From: Eubacteriales bacterium
GTDB taxonomy: Bacteria; Bacillota; Clostridia; Oscillospirales; CAG-272
Assembly: GCA_045661185.1 (NCBI GenBank)
Contig: JAZRFD010000017.1
Span: 1-47,672 of the forward strand
Length of the DNA: 47,672 nucleotides
Reading direction: 5' to 3'
Each line of letters starts with the position of its first letter. Within the stretch, counting starts at the first letter, position 1. A model generated the notes under the pieces. That model was given only the letters and a program-made list of their open reading frames with translations. It searched no databases and had not been told where the DNA came from. A program made the translations under genes and the position numbers. Below are positions 18,815 through 26,452 of this stretch, piece by piece.

Positions 18815-20575
18815 TTATTCCGCAAATTGGCTATTGTAGAGGTGATGATAGAAGCCCCCCAGCGCCAGCAGCTCGCGATGCGTGCCTTGCTCCACGATCT
18901 TTCCGTCGCGCATGACAAGGATCACGTCTGCGGACTCAATGGTGGAGAGGCGGTGTGCCACGATAAAGGAGGTGCGTCCTTGCATCATGGTGGCAAACGC
19001 GTTCTGGATCTTCAGCTCCATACGGGTGTCGATCGAGGAGGTTGCCTCGTCAAGGATCAGCATAGGCGGGAGCGCGAGCATCACGCGGGTGATGCAAAGC
19101 AGCTGCTTTTGCCCTTGAGACAGCGTGCCGCCGTTTTCGCCAAGCACCGTGTCGTAGCCTTGTGGCAGGCGCTTGATAAAGGAGTGCGCGTGCGACGCCT
19201 TTGCGGCGGCGTTCATTTCCTCGTCGGAGGCATCCGGCCGCCCCATACAAATGTTTTCGCGCACGGTTGCATTTCGCAGCCACGTGTCCTGAAGCACCAT
19301 GCCCCAGTTGGCGCGAAGCGACGAGCGCGTTATGTCGCGGATATCGGTGCCGCTGACCGAAACGCTACCCTCGTTTACGTCGTAAAAGCGCATGAGCAGG
19401 TTGATCAGCGTGGTCTTTCCGCAGCCCGTGGGTCCAACAATTGCCACACGCTGGCCGGGGTGGACGGTGAGGTTGAGATCACGGATCAGGTCGCGCTCGG
19501 GGGTGTAGGAGAACGCCACGTTTTCAAGTGTCACTCTGCCGTCAGCCTCCAAAAGCACCCGTGCGTCGGGCGCGTCTGCGGGGATCTCGGGCTCGTCAAG
19601 CAGCGCAAACACCCTGCCCGCACACGCAAGCGCGTTCTGGAGCTCGGCAAACACCCCCGAGATCTCGTTGAAGGGCTTAGTGTACTGGTTGGCGTAATTG
19701 AGAAATACCGAAAGAGTACCCACCGTAAACCCGGTCGGTGATGTGATGCAAAGGAACGCGCCGACAAGTGCCACGCCCGCGTACACGAGATTGTTCACGA
19801 ATCGCGTGGAGGGGTTGGTAATGGAGGAGAAGAAGGTTGCGCGTAAGGCGCATTTGCCAAGGCGCTCGTTGATCTTGTTGAATTTTCCGATCGACTCGTC
19901 CTCGTGCGAGAAGGCCACGATCAGCTTGTGGTTGCCAATATATTCGTCGATCATCGAGGTCTGCTCTGCGCGGGTCTTGGATTGCAGCGTAAACAATGCA
20001 TGCGTGCGCTTTGCGATGAATGCGGCTACAAAGAGCGAGAGCGGTGTGACCAGAAGCACGACCAGGGCGATCTGCCACTTGATGGTGAGCATGATCACAA
20101 GCGTGCCGAGAATGGTGAGCAGTCCCGTGAAGAACTGCGCAAAGCCGAGCAGCAGACCGTCGGTGAACTGATCGACGTCCGAGATCATACGGCTGACGGT
20201 GTCGCCCGTCGGGTGGCTGTCAAGATAGGAAAGAGGCAGGCGCTGGAGCTTTTCAAAGGACTCGCGGCGCAGTCTGCGTACGATCCCGTAGGTGATGCGG
20301 TTATTGATGACGTTCATGACCCATTGGCAAAGCGCGCCGATGAGCGTGCAGATGCCGATCTGCGCGGCGATCTTCAACACGCCCTTCCAATTTACGTCAC
20401 CCTTGCCGACGATTTCGTCGATGGCAAGACCCGTCAGCAGCGGCACGATCAGGGTCAGTGCCACGCCTACGGCGGCGAGCAGAAGCGAGAAAACAAGCGC
20501 GATGCGATAGTGCTTAAGGCCCTTGAGCACGCGGAAGAAGGTCTTTTTGTCAAACGAATGCTTTTTCTTCGTCAT
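18815..20575 (-). CDS. ABC exporter half-transporter (TMD-NBD), heterodimer partner B
   Basis: 586 aa. Six-TM domain. [30 protein letters not shown]. 4-nt overlap with the upstream partner. Confidence 0.9.
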   Translation of the reverse strand: MTKKKHSFDKKTFFRVLKGLKHYRIALVFSLLLAAVGVALTLIVPLLTGLAIDEIVGKGDVNWKGVLKIAAQIGICTLIGALCQWVMNVINNRITYGIVRRLRRESFEKLQRLPLSYLDSHPTGDTVSRMISDVDQFTDGLLLGFAQFFTGLLTILGTLVIMLTIKWQIALVVLLVTPLSLFVAAFIAKRTHALFTLQSKTRAEQTSMIDEYIGNHKLIVAFSHEDESIGKFNKINERLGKCALRATFFSSITNPSTRFVNNLVYAGVALVGAFLCITSPTGFTVGTLSVFLNYANQYTKPFNEISGVFAELQNALACAGRVFALLDEPEIPADAPDARVLLEADGRVTLENVAFSYTPERDLIRDLNLTVHPGQRVAIVGPTGCGKTTLINLLMRFYDVNEGSVSVSGTDIRDITRSSLRANWGMVLQDTWLRNATVRENICMGRPDASDEEMNAAAKASHAHSFIKRLPQGYDTVLGENGGTLSQGQKQLLCITRVMLALPPMLILDEATSSIDTRMELKIQNAFATMMQGRTSFIVAHRLSTIESADVILVMRDGKIVEQGTHRELLALGGFYHHLYNSQFAE

Positions 20576-22299
20576 GCCTCATCGCCCCCTCTCTTGTACT
20601 GCGATTCGTGGATCTCGCGGTAGACCTCGCAAGAGGTGAGAAGCGTGTCGTGTGTGCCGATCCCGACCAGCTCACCGTCCTCCATGACAAGGATCACGTC
20701 GGCGTGACGGATCGAGGAGGTGCGTTGGGAGATGAGGAAGGTCGTGGGCTTGTGGGGGAGGGTCTTGAGAGACGCGCGCAGGGCGGCATCGGTCGCATAG
20801 TCAAGCGCCGAGGAGCTGTCGTCAAGGATCAAGATTTCCGCCCGACGAACCAGCGCGCGCGCAATGGTCAGGCGTTGGCGCTGACCGCCCGAAAAGTTTT
20901 TGCCGCCTTGAGAGACGGGTGCATCAAGCCCCTGTGGCTTTTCCATTACAAAATCCTTTGCTTGCGCACATGCCAATGCGTCCGTCAGCTCCTCGTCGGT
21001 GGCATTTGCGTTGCCCCAGAGAAGATTGGAGCGCACGGTGCCCTCGACAAGCGCCGCCTTTTGCGGTACAATGGCGATGCGCTCGCGCAGATCCTCTACG
21101 TCATAGCTGCGTACGTCGCGGCCGTTTACCAGAACGCGCCCTTTGTCAGCATCATAAAAGCGTGGGATGAGATTGACAAGAGAGGTTTTTCCCGAGCCCG
21201 TTGAGCCGATCACACCGACCGTGGCACCCTTGGGAATCGAAAAAGAGATGCTTGAAAGCGTTTCCGTCGCGTTGCCGCCATAGGTCAGGGAAACGTTTTC
21301 AAAGGTTACGGCATCGTCGCTGCTAATAGCATCGGTGAATGCTTCCACAGGCATTCCGATGGGTGTGTCAAAGACCTGTTGGATGCGGTCGGCGGATGCC
21401 AACGCCTTGTTGACCGTAAAAATGGTGGTTGCGAATTTGACCAGCTCCACAAGGATCTGTGCCATGTAGTTCGTCATTGCAACGACGTCGCCCTGCGTCA
21501 TATCCCCGATCTCGACCAGATGCGCGCCCGAGAGGAGCAACGCGATCACGCCCGCGTTGACCACCACAAGCGTCAAGGGGTTCATCAGCGCGGCAATTCT
21601 GCCGACAAAATTCTGAATGCGGTTGTGAGATTCGTTGATCTCGTTAAAGCGATCGATCTCCTCGTTTTCCTTACGGAACGCACGGATCACGCGTGCGCCG
21701 TACAGATTTTCGCGCGTCGTCTGCGTAACACCGTCAAGGTTTTTTTGCACCTTTTTGTAAAGCGGAATGCTGCCGATCATGATCGAAAAGACGATTGCCG
21801 CCAGCACGGGAATGACGATTGCAAAGATCCACGCACTTTTAGCATTGACCGTAAACGCCATGATCATTGCACCAAAGACGATAATGGGGGAGCGCAAAAG
21901 CAGGCGGAGCGTGAAGTTGATGCCTGATTGGACCTGGTTGACGTCGCCCGTCATGCGTGTGACCAGCGTGGACGTGCCGATGCGGTCAGTGTCCGAATAA
22001 GAAAACTGTTGGATATGCCCAAACAGATCGCGACGCAGGTCGGTGGCAAAGCCGACTGCCGCGCGCGCGGCGAAATATTGCGCGATCAGGGCACAGGAGA
22101 GCCCCACCACGGCAAAGCCGACAAGCACGCCGCACATGCCGCCCACGTATCCCATGTCCCCGTCGGCAATGCCGCGGTCGATGATCAGCTTGACCACGAT
22201 CGGCACGAGCAGATCGAACACGGCCTCAAGGAGCTTGAACAAGGGGCTCATGATACTCTCGCGCCGATAGGGCTTGAGATATTTCAAAAGCTTTTTCAT
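20572..22299 (-). CDS. ABC exporter half-transporter (TMD-NBD), heterodimer partner A
   Basis: 575 aa. MKKLLKYLKPYRRE N-terminus typical of MdlA/B-type exporters. GSTGSGKTSL, FSGGQRQRLTIARAL, ILILDDSSSALD. Confidence 0.9.
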   Translation of the reverse strand: MKKLLKYLKPYRRESIMSPLFKLLEAVFDLLVPIVVKLIIDRGIADGDMGYVGGMCGVLVGFAVVGLSCALIAQYFAARAAVGFATDLRRDLFGHIQQFSYSDTDRIGTSTLVTRMTGDVNQVQSGINFTLRLLLRSPIIVFGAMIMAFTVNAKSAWIFAIVIPVLAAIVFSIMIGSIPLYKKVQKNLDGVTQTTRENLYGARVIRAFRKENEEIDRFNEINESHNRIQNFVGRIAALMNPLTLVVVNAGVIALLLSGAHLVEIGDMTQGDVVAMTNYMAQILVELVKFATTIFTVNKALASADRIQQVFDTPIGMPVEAFTDAISSDDAVTFENVSLTYGGNATETLSSISFSIPKGATVGVIGSTGSGKTSLVNLIPRFYDADKGRVLVNGRDVRSYDVEDLRERIAIVPQKAALVEGTVRSNLLWGNANATDEELTDALACAQAKDFVMEKPQGLDAPVSQGGKNFSGGQRQRLTIARALVRRAEILILDDSSSALDYATDAALRASLKTLPHKPTTFLISQRTSSIRHADVILVMEDGELVGIGTHDTLLTSCEVYREIHESQYKRGGDEA

Positions 22300-22424
22300 G
22301 TAAAAAATCGAATCCTTTCAGATGATCGTTTTATAACCTTATTATTATACCTTTGTTTTGTTACATTTTGAAAAACAAACCGTGAATACATGGTGAACGA
22401 TAATCGGTAGGGTTCAAAAAAAGC

Positions 22425-22453
22425 AAAAAACGCCGCACCGATGCGGTGCGGCG
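22425..22453 (-). terminator. intrinsic terminator after the small membrane protein gene
   Basis: The minus strand reads CGCCGCACC-GCATC-GGTGCGGCG followed by TTTTTTGCTTTTTTT. Confidence 0.8.
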
Positions 22454-22461
22454 GGTAGGGT

Positions 22462-22923
22462 TCAGCGTTTTCTCGGTTTTTTCTTTGGTGTGCGGCGCAA
22501 TCCCAAGTATGCTCCCGCTACCGATAAAAGGATCACGCCCGCGTGTAAAAGGCAGGAGACGAGTGCGGAATAGGCGGATGCGTGCTTTGCGAAAAAGAGG
22601 GAAAGCAGGAGCATCAGCGCCATCAAAGCGCTCCCGTTGATCAGTCCGCACAAAAGCGCGCTTTGCCCGTGCATGCGCGAGACGGTAAAGCCACCGATCA
22701 GCGCGGTCAGTGCCGCCGCGACAAGCCCCGAAGGGCGGATCATAGGGGAAGGGTTCGGGGAAAAGTAGAGCGCCAGCGAAAGTGCCAGAAGCAACAAAAA
22801 TCCAACACCGACGGTCACGGCAAAGCCTTTGAGAATGGTGCGCACGGGTGGGAGAGGTGCTTTTTCGCTCTCTTTTGTGCGCGTGTGCCGTGCGGGGCGC
22901 TTTTTGTAGGCCGTTCGATTCAT
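22462..22923 (-). CDS. small integral membrane protein, TIGR04086/YrzE-like
   Basis: 153 aa. Basic N-terminus, then 4 hydrophobic segments with a GGFTVSRMHGQSALLCGLINGSAL pattern. Located just downstream of yajC, as I recall for this family. GGAGG SD. Confidence 0.55.
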   Translation of the reverse strand: MNRTAYKKRPARHTRTKESEKAPLPPVRTILKGFAVTVGVGFLLLLALSLALYFSPNPSPMIRPSGLVAAALTALIGGFTVSRMHGQSALLCGLINGSALMALMLLLSLFFAKHASAYSALVSCLLHAGVILLSVAGAYLGLRRTPKKKPRKR

Positions 22924-22926
22924 GAT

Positions 22927-22972
22927 AAAAAACCTCCGTTGGAAGATGCTGGTTCAACATATTCCAACGGAG
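22927..22972 (-). terminator. terminator-like hairpin after yajC whose 3' arm carries the SD of the next gene
   Basis: The minus strand reads CTCCGTTGGAA (22972-22962), 17-nt loop, TTCCAACGGAG (22944-22934), then G-TTTTTT-ATC-ATG (start at 22923). Confidence 0.55.
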
Positions 22973-22991
22973 ATCTTTTTATGCATGAATT

Positions 22992-23270
22992 TTAAGCGTC
23001 TGCGTCCTCGGCCTTGACGTCAACATGTGCGACGGACGTTTTGAGGATGCGGATCTTGGTGCGCTCGTGAGAGGTCTCGATCACGCAGGTCTCGTCCTTG
23101 ATGCTGACGATTTTGCCGATGATGCCGCCCGTAGTGGTGATCTCGTCACCCACGGTCAGCGCGTTGCGCATATCGTTTTGCTCCTTTTGACGCTTTTTTT
23201 CGCTGCGGCTCGTGAAAAAGAACATTGCTACGAGGCCGACGAGCATGATACCTGTTACGGCGAGTTCCAT
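22992..23270 (-). CDS. yajC: preprotein translocase subunit YajC
   Basis: 92 aa from ATG 23270 (GGAGGA SD 9 nt upstream). One N-terminal TM, then VGDEITTTGGIIGKIVSIKDE, typical of YajC. The ORF-track start at 23411 adds an implausible extension across the promoter. Confidence 0.85.
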   Translation of the reverse strand: MELAVTGIMLVGLVAMFFFTSRSEKKRQKEQNDMRNALTVGDEITTTGGIIGKIVSIKDETCVIETSHERTKIRILKTSVAHVDVKAEDADA

Positions 23271-23306
23271 AAATAAATATCCTCCGTGTTTTGCATAATC
23301 GCAAAC

Positions 23307-23335
23307 AGTATACCCGTTTTGGAAAAAATATACAA
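23307..23335 (-). promoter_or_regulatory. sigma-A type promoter candidate for yajC
   Basis: Minus strand: TTGTAT (23335-23330), 17-nt spacer, TATACT (23312-23307). Confidence 0.45.
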
Positions 23336-23405
23336 GGTCTAAATTGTAAACATTTTCTGAACGCTCGGCTTTTTTTAGGATTTTAAAGAAAAAAAGCGTA
23401 AAAAC

Positions 23406-23434
23406 TTGCATTTTGGCAGGGGGTGTGGTATACT
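23406..23434 (+). promoter_or_regulatory. sigma-A type promoter candidate for rimM-trmD
   Basis: TTGCAT (23406-23411), 17-nt spacer, TATACT (23429-23434), with TGg extended -10. Confidence 0.5.
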
Positions 23435-23464
23435 ATAAGCAATATTGGGAAAGGACTTTGATAT

Positions 23465-23989
23465 ATGGCAAGGCTTGCATATCTGCCTGCGGGCAGAGTG
23501 ATCAATACACACGGCTTCCGTGGCACCGTGAAGCTGGAATCCTGGTGCGATTCGCCCGAAATTTTAGCGGAGCTTGCGTGCGTTTACGTGAAGGATCAGG
23601 ACGGCTATCGCGCCATTCGCGTGCGCCATGCGTCGGTTTTCAAGCAGTTTGTGCTGATGGACCTGGAGGGCGTGGAGGGCGAGGAGGCGGCAAACCGCAT
23701 GCGCGGCACGGAGGTGTTTGCGTTGCGCGAGGATCTTCCTCTTGAGGCGGGGGATTACTTTATTCTTGACCTTCTGGGTCTGCCCGTGCGCCATGCCGAC
23801 AGCGGCGAGGTGCTGGGAGAATTGAAGGATATCAACACCGCGTCGGCGCGCGATTTGTATATTGTCAAAACACCGTCGGGGGAGTATATGATCCCCGCAG
23901 TTCCCGAATTGATTGTCAGAATTGATCCCGACGACGCGATCTATGTCCGCCCGATCCCGGGACTTTTGGGGGAGGCCGAAAGCGTATGA
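23465..23989 (+). CDS. rimM: 16S rRNA processing protein RimM
   Basis: 174 aa. GRVINTHGFRGTVK N-terminal barrel motif and PRC-barrel C-terminus. Overlaps trmD by 4 nt in the classic rimM-trmD arrangement. Confidence 0.9.
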   Translation: MARLAYLPAGRVINTHGFRGTVKLESWCDSPEILAELACVYVKDQDGYRAIRVRHASVFKQFVLMDLEGVEGEEAANRMRGTEVFALREDLPLEAGDYFILDLLGLPVRHADSGEVLGELKDINTASARDLYIVKTPSGEYMIPAVPELIVRIDPDDAIYVRPIPGLLGEAESV

Positions 23990-24693
23990 GATTTGATATT
24001 ATGACGCTTTTTCCCGACCTTGTGGATACCGTGCTTGGCGAGAGCATTATCGGGCGCGCGCAAAAAAGCGGTGCCATTACGGTGAAAACGCACAACATCC
24101 GCGATTATTCCGAGGATAAGCACCGCCGCGTGGATGACACGCCCTACGGCGGTGGAAAGGGAATGCTGATGATGGCGCCCCCCATTTATAATTGCTATAG
24201 CGCGATTTTGCGTATGCAGGCCGAGGAGGGCTTTATCACCGACCGCCGCCGCGTGATCTATCTTTCCCCCACGGGAAAGGTGCTCAATCAAAAAAAAGCG
24301 GCGGAGCTTGCCGAGAATTATGACAACCTGATCCTGCTTTGCGGTCACTACGAGGGTGTGGACCGACGCATTGTGGATGAGATCGTGGACGAGGAGCTCT
24401 CGATCGGGGACTTCGTGCTGACGGGCGGTGAGATCCCCGCGTGCATTCTGACCGACTGCGTGGCGCGATTGCTTGACGGTGTGCTTTCCGACGCGGAGTG
24501 CTACGAAAAGGAGAGCATTTCCTCGGGGCTTTTGGAGTATCCGCAGTATACGCGCCCCTACGAATTTCACGGCGTTAAGGTGCCCGACGTGCTCATCTCG
24601 GGCCATCACGCCAATATCGACCGCTGGCGCGACGAGCAGGCACACGAGCTGACCGAGCGCTTGCGCCCCGACCTTCTGGAAGAAAAATCTTAA
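23986..24693 (+). CDS. trmD: tRNA (guanine37-N1)-methyltransferase TrmD
   Basis: 235 aa. MRFDIMTLFPD start, DDTPYGGGKGMLM, GHYEGVDRR, SIGDFVLTGGE motifs. Confidence 0.95.
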   Translation: MRFDIMTLFPDLVDTVLGESIIGRAQKSGAITVKTHNIRDYSEDKHRRVDDTPYGGGKGMLMMAPPIYNCYSAILRMQAEEGFITDRRRVIYLSPTGKVLNQKKAAELAENYDNLILLCGHYEGVDRRIVDEIVDEELSIGDFVLTGGEIPACILTDCVARLLDGVLSDAECYEKESISSGLLEYPQYTRPYEFHGVKVPDVLISGHHANIDRWRDEQAHELTERLRPDLLEEKS

Positions 24694-24698
24694 AAATC

Positions 24699-24733
24699 GC
24701 CTCCTACATAACCTGTTGTGTGGGAGGCTTTTT
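24699..24733 (+). terminator. intrinsic terminator after trmD whose 3' arm carries the SD of the next gene
   Basis: GCCTCCTACA (24699-24708), 10-nt loop, TGTGGGAGGC (24719-24728; one G-U pair), TTTTT (24729-24733), then ATG 24734. Confidence 0.6.
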
Positions 24734-25957
24734 ATGTCGAAAACGAAGGACGTATGCGCGTTTTTTCGCAAAAATCGGGTCATCGAACGCGCTCTTTGCG
24801 CGCTTTTGCTCCTGTTTCCCATCCTGCACGCGCTGCCGCATCCCACCTATCTTGTCGGCGGCGCCGCGGTGTTCCTTTTTGTGGGGTATGTGTTGACATA
24901 CGGTGCTATAGAGCTTTTGCCGCGGGAGTGGGATGAGTGGCTTGCTTGGAGCCTTTGCGGTTTGCTTCTGCTATACGGCTTTTTGGGATATGGCACGGTG
25001 CTGGCAGGCTGTGGCGCGGCACTCCTTTTGGCGACCTATTTCCCCGTGCGTGCGCTGCTTGCCGAGCGGCGCGTCCTTCAAAATCTGCGTTTTTTTGCCG
25101 GCCTTGGTGCTTTTGTGCCCTCGCTTTACGGGATCGGTCAGTATTTCTTCGGGGCGCTTGAGGTGAAATGGGTGGATCTGCGGCTGTTTTCGGACATCGG
25201 CGGTCGCGTGACCTCTTTTTTTGATAACCCCAACGTTTTGGCGATCTATCTCCTGTTTTGCTTTCCGTTGGCGCTTGGCGGCGCATTCGATCGGTCGGAA
25301 CGATTGCTTTTTCGATCCGTTTGCGCCGCGAGCGCGGTTCTGATCCTTTTTTGTACCGTTCTGACCTGGACGCGTGGCGCGTGGCTCGGAATGCTCTTGC
25401 AGGGGACACTTTTTTTGGTGCTTCACAGCAAGCGTACACGTCGGGCGTTGTTGCTTTTTCCGCTGTTTTTTGTTCTTTCCGCCGCGCTTTTGCCGCCGCA
25501 GGTGCTCCGACGCTTTTTGAGCATCGGAAACCTTACGGAGTCCTCAAACCGATACCGCATCCACACCTGGCGCGGTGTGCTCCGCATGATCGCAGCCCAT
25601 CCTCTTGGCATTGGTGTGGGGGAGACCGCCTTTCGACGGGTCTATCCCCCGTATGCCCTTATGGGAACCGAGACCGTGATGCATGCGCACAGCGTTTTTT
25701 TGCAGGTGACGTGCGAAACGGGTGTGATCGGTGGCGCGGTGCTTCTTTTGTGGTGTATTTCTACGGTGTGGCGAGGGCGCAAAAGCGAGCGGATCCTTCC
25801 CATGGCGGGACTGTTGGTAATGGGCCTGTTCGACCACCTCTGGTATGCCCCCGGTATGGCACTTTTGTTTGCGTGTGCCATGGCAATTGCGGCCGCGGAA
25901 CCACAAAACGGCAGGGAACGACAAGAAAATGTATGTATTTTGCACGAAAAACTTTGA
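24734..25957 (+). CDS. O-antigen ligase (Wzy_C) family polytopic membrane protein
   Basis: ~407 aa from ATG 24734 (GGGAGG 6 nt upstream). About 10-12 TM segments. VLTWTRGAWLGMLLQ matches the Wzy_C/O-antigen-ligase loop motif. Confidence 0.75.
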   Translation: MSKTKDVCAFFRKNRVIERALCALLLLFPILHALPHPTYLVGGAAVFLFVGYVLTYGAIELLPREWDEWLAWSLCGLLLLYGFLGYGTVLAGCGAALLLATYFPVRALLAERRVLQNLRFFAGLGAFVPSLYGIGQYFFGALEVKWVDLRLFSDIGGRVTSFFDNPNVLAIYLLFCFPLALGGAFDRSERLLFRSVCAASAVLILFCTVLTWTRGAWLGMLLQGTLFLVLHSKRTRRALLLFPLFFVLSAALLPPQVLRRFLSIGNLTESSNRYRIHTWRGVLRMIAAHPLGIGVGETAFRRVYPPYALMGTETVMHAHSVFLQVTCETGVIGGAVLLLWCISTVWRGRKSERILPMAGLLVMGLFDHLWYAPGMALLFACAMAIAAAEPQNGRERQENVCILHEKL

Positions 25958-25988
25958 CGGATGTTGTAAAAATTACACGGATTGACTA

Positions 25989-26017
25989 TTGATTTTCAAA
26001 AAAAATTTTGCTATACT
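25989..26017 (+). promoter_or_regulatory. sigma-A type promoter candidate for the HPr gene
   Basis: TTGATT (25989-25994), 17-nt spacer, TATACT (26012-26017), with TGc extended -10. Confidence 0.45.
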
Positions 26018-26092
26018 ATTATTGGATAGTATTAACCGAAGCTCCAAATAGGAACGCTTGGGTAACATTTTGAAGATAGGGAGCGAAACGAT

Positions 26093-26359
26093 ATGATTTC
26101 ACGCGACATCGTTATCACCAATACAAGCGGACTGCACGCGCGTCCCGCAACGTTTTTTATTCAGAAGGCAAACACCTATAAGTCTGCTATCTGGATCGAA
26201 AAGGACGACCGCAAGGTCAACGCGAAGAGCCTGTTGGGCGTTTTGTCCTTGGGAATCGCCAAGGATATGACCATCACGCTGATCGCGGATGGGCAGGACG
26301 AAAATGCCGCAATTTCGGGTCTTTCCGAATTGATCGACAGCGGTTTTTCCGAGCTCTGA
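26093..26359 (+). CDS. ptsH: phosphocarrier protein HPr
   Basis: 88 aa. His15 motif SGLHARPA and Ser46 motif NAKSLLGVLSLG. Confidence 0.9.
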   Translation: MISRDIVITNTSGLHARPATFFIQKANTYKSAIWIEKDDRKVNAKSLLGVLSLGIAKDMTITLIADGQDENAAISGLSELIDSGFSEL

Positions 26360-26452
26360 ATCAAAAAAGACAGATAAGCATAGGCGGTGTGCCGGGGGAA
26401 ACGCAATAGCTCCTGCGGTGCGCCGCCTTTGTTCACGAAAGGGGGAGTATAC

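Noticed and set aside
22361-22960. 199-aa minus-strand ORF overlapping the small membrane protein gene in another frame
   Set aside because: It is Arg/Pro-rich with no SD and spans the terminator. The 153-aa frame has an SD, TM segments and a family-like pattern.
26382-26433. Possible terminator between the HPr gene and uvrC (AGGCGGTGTGCC ... GGTGCGCCGCCT + TTGTT)
   Set aside because: The stem needs three G-U pairs and a 23-nt loop, and the U-tract is weak. It is too uncertain to annotate.
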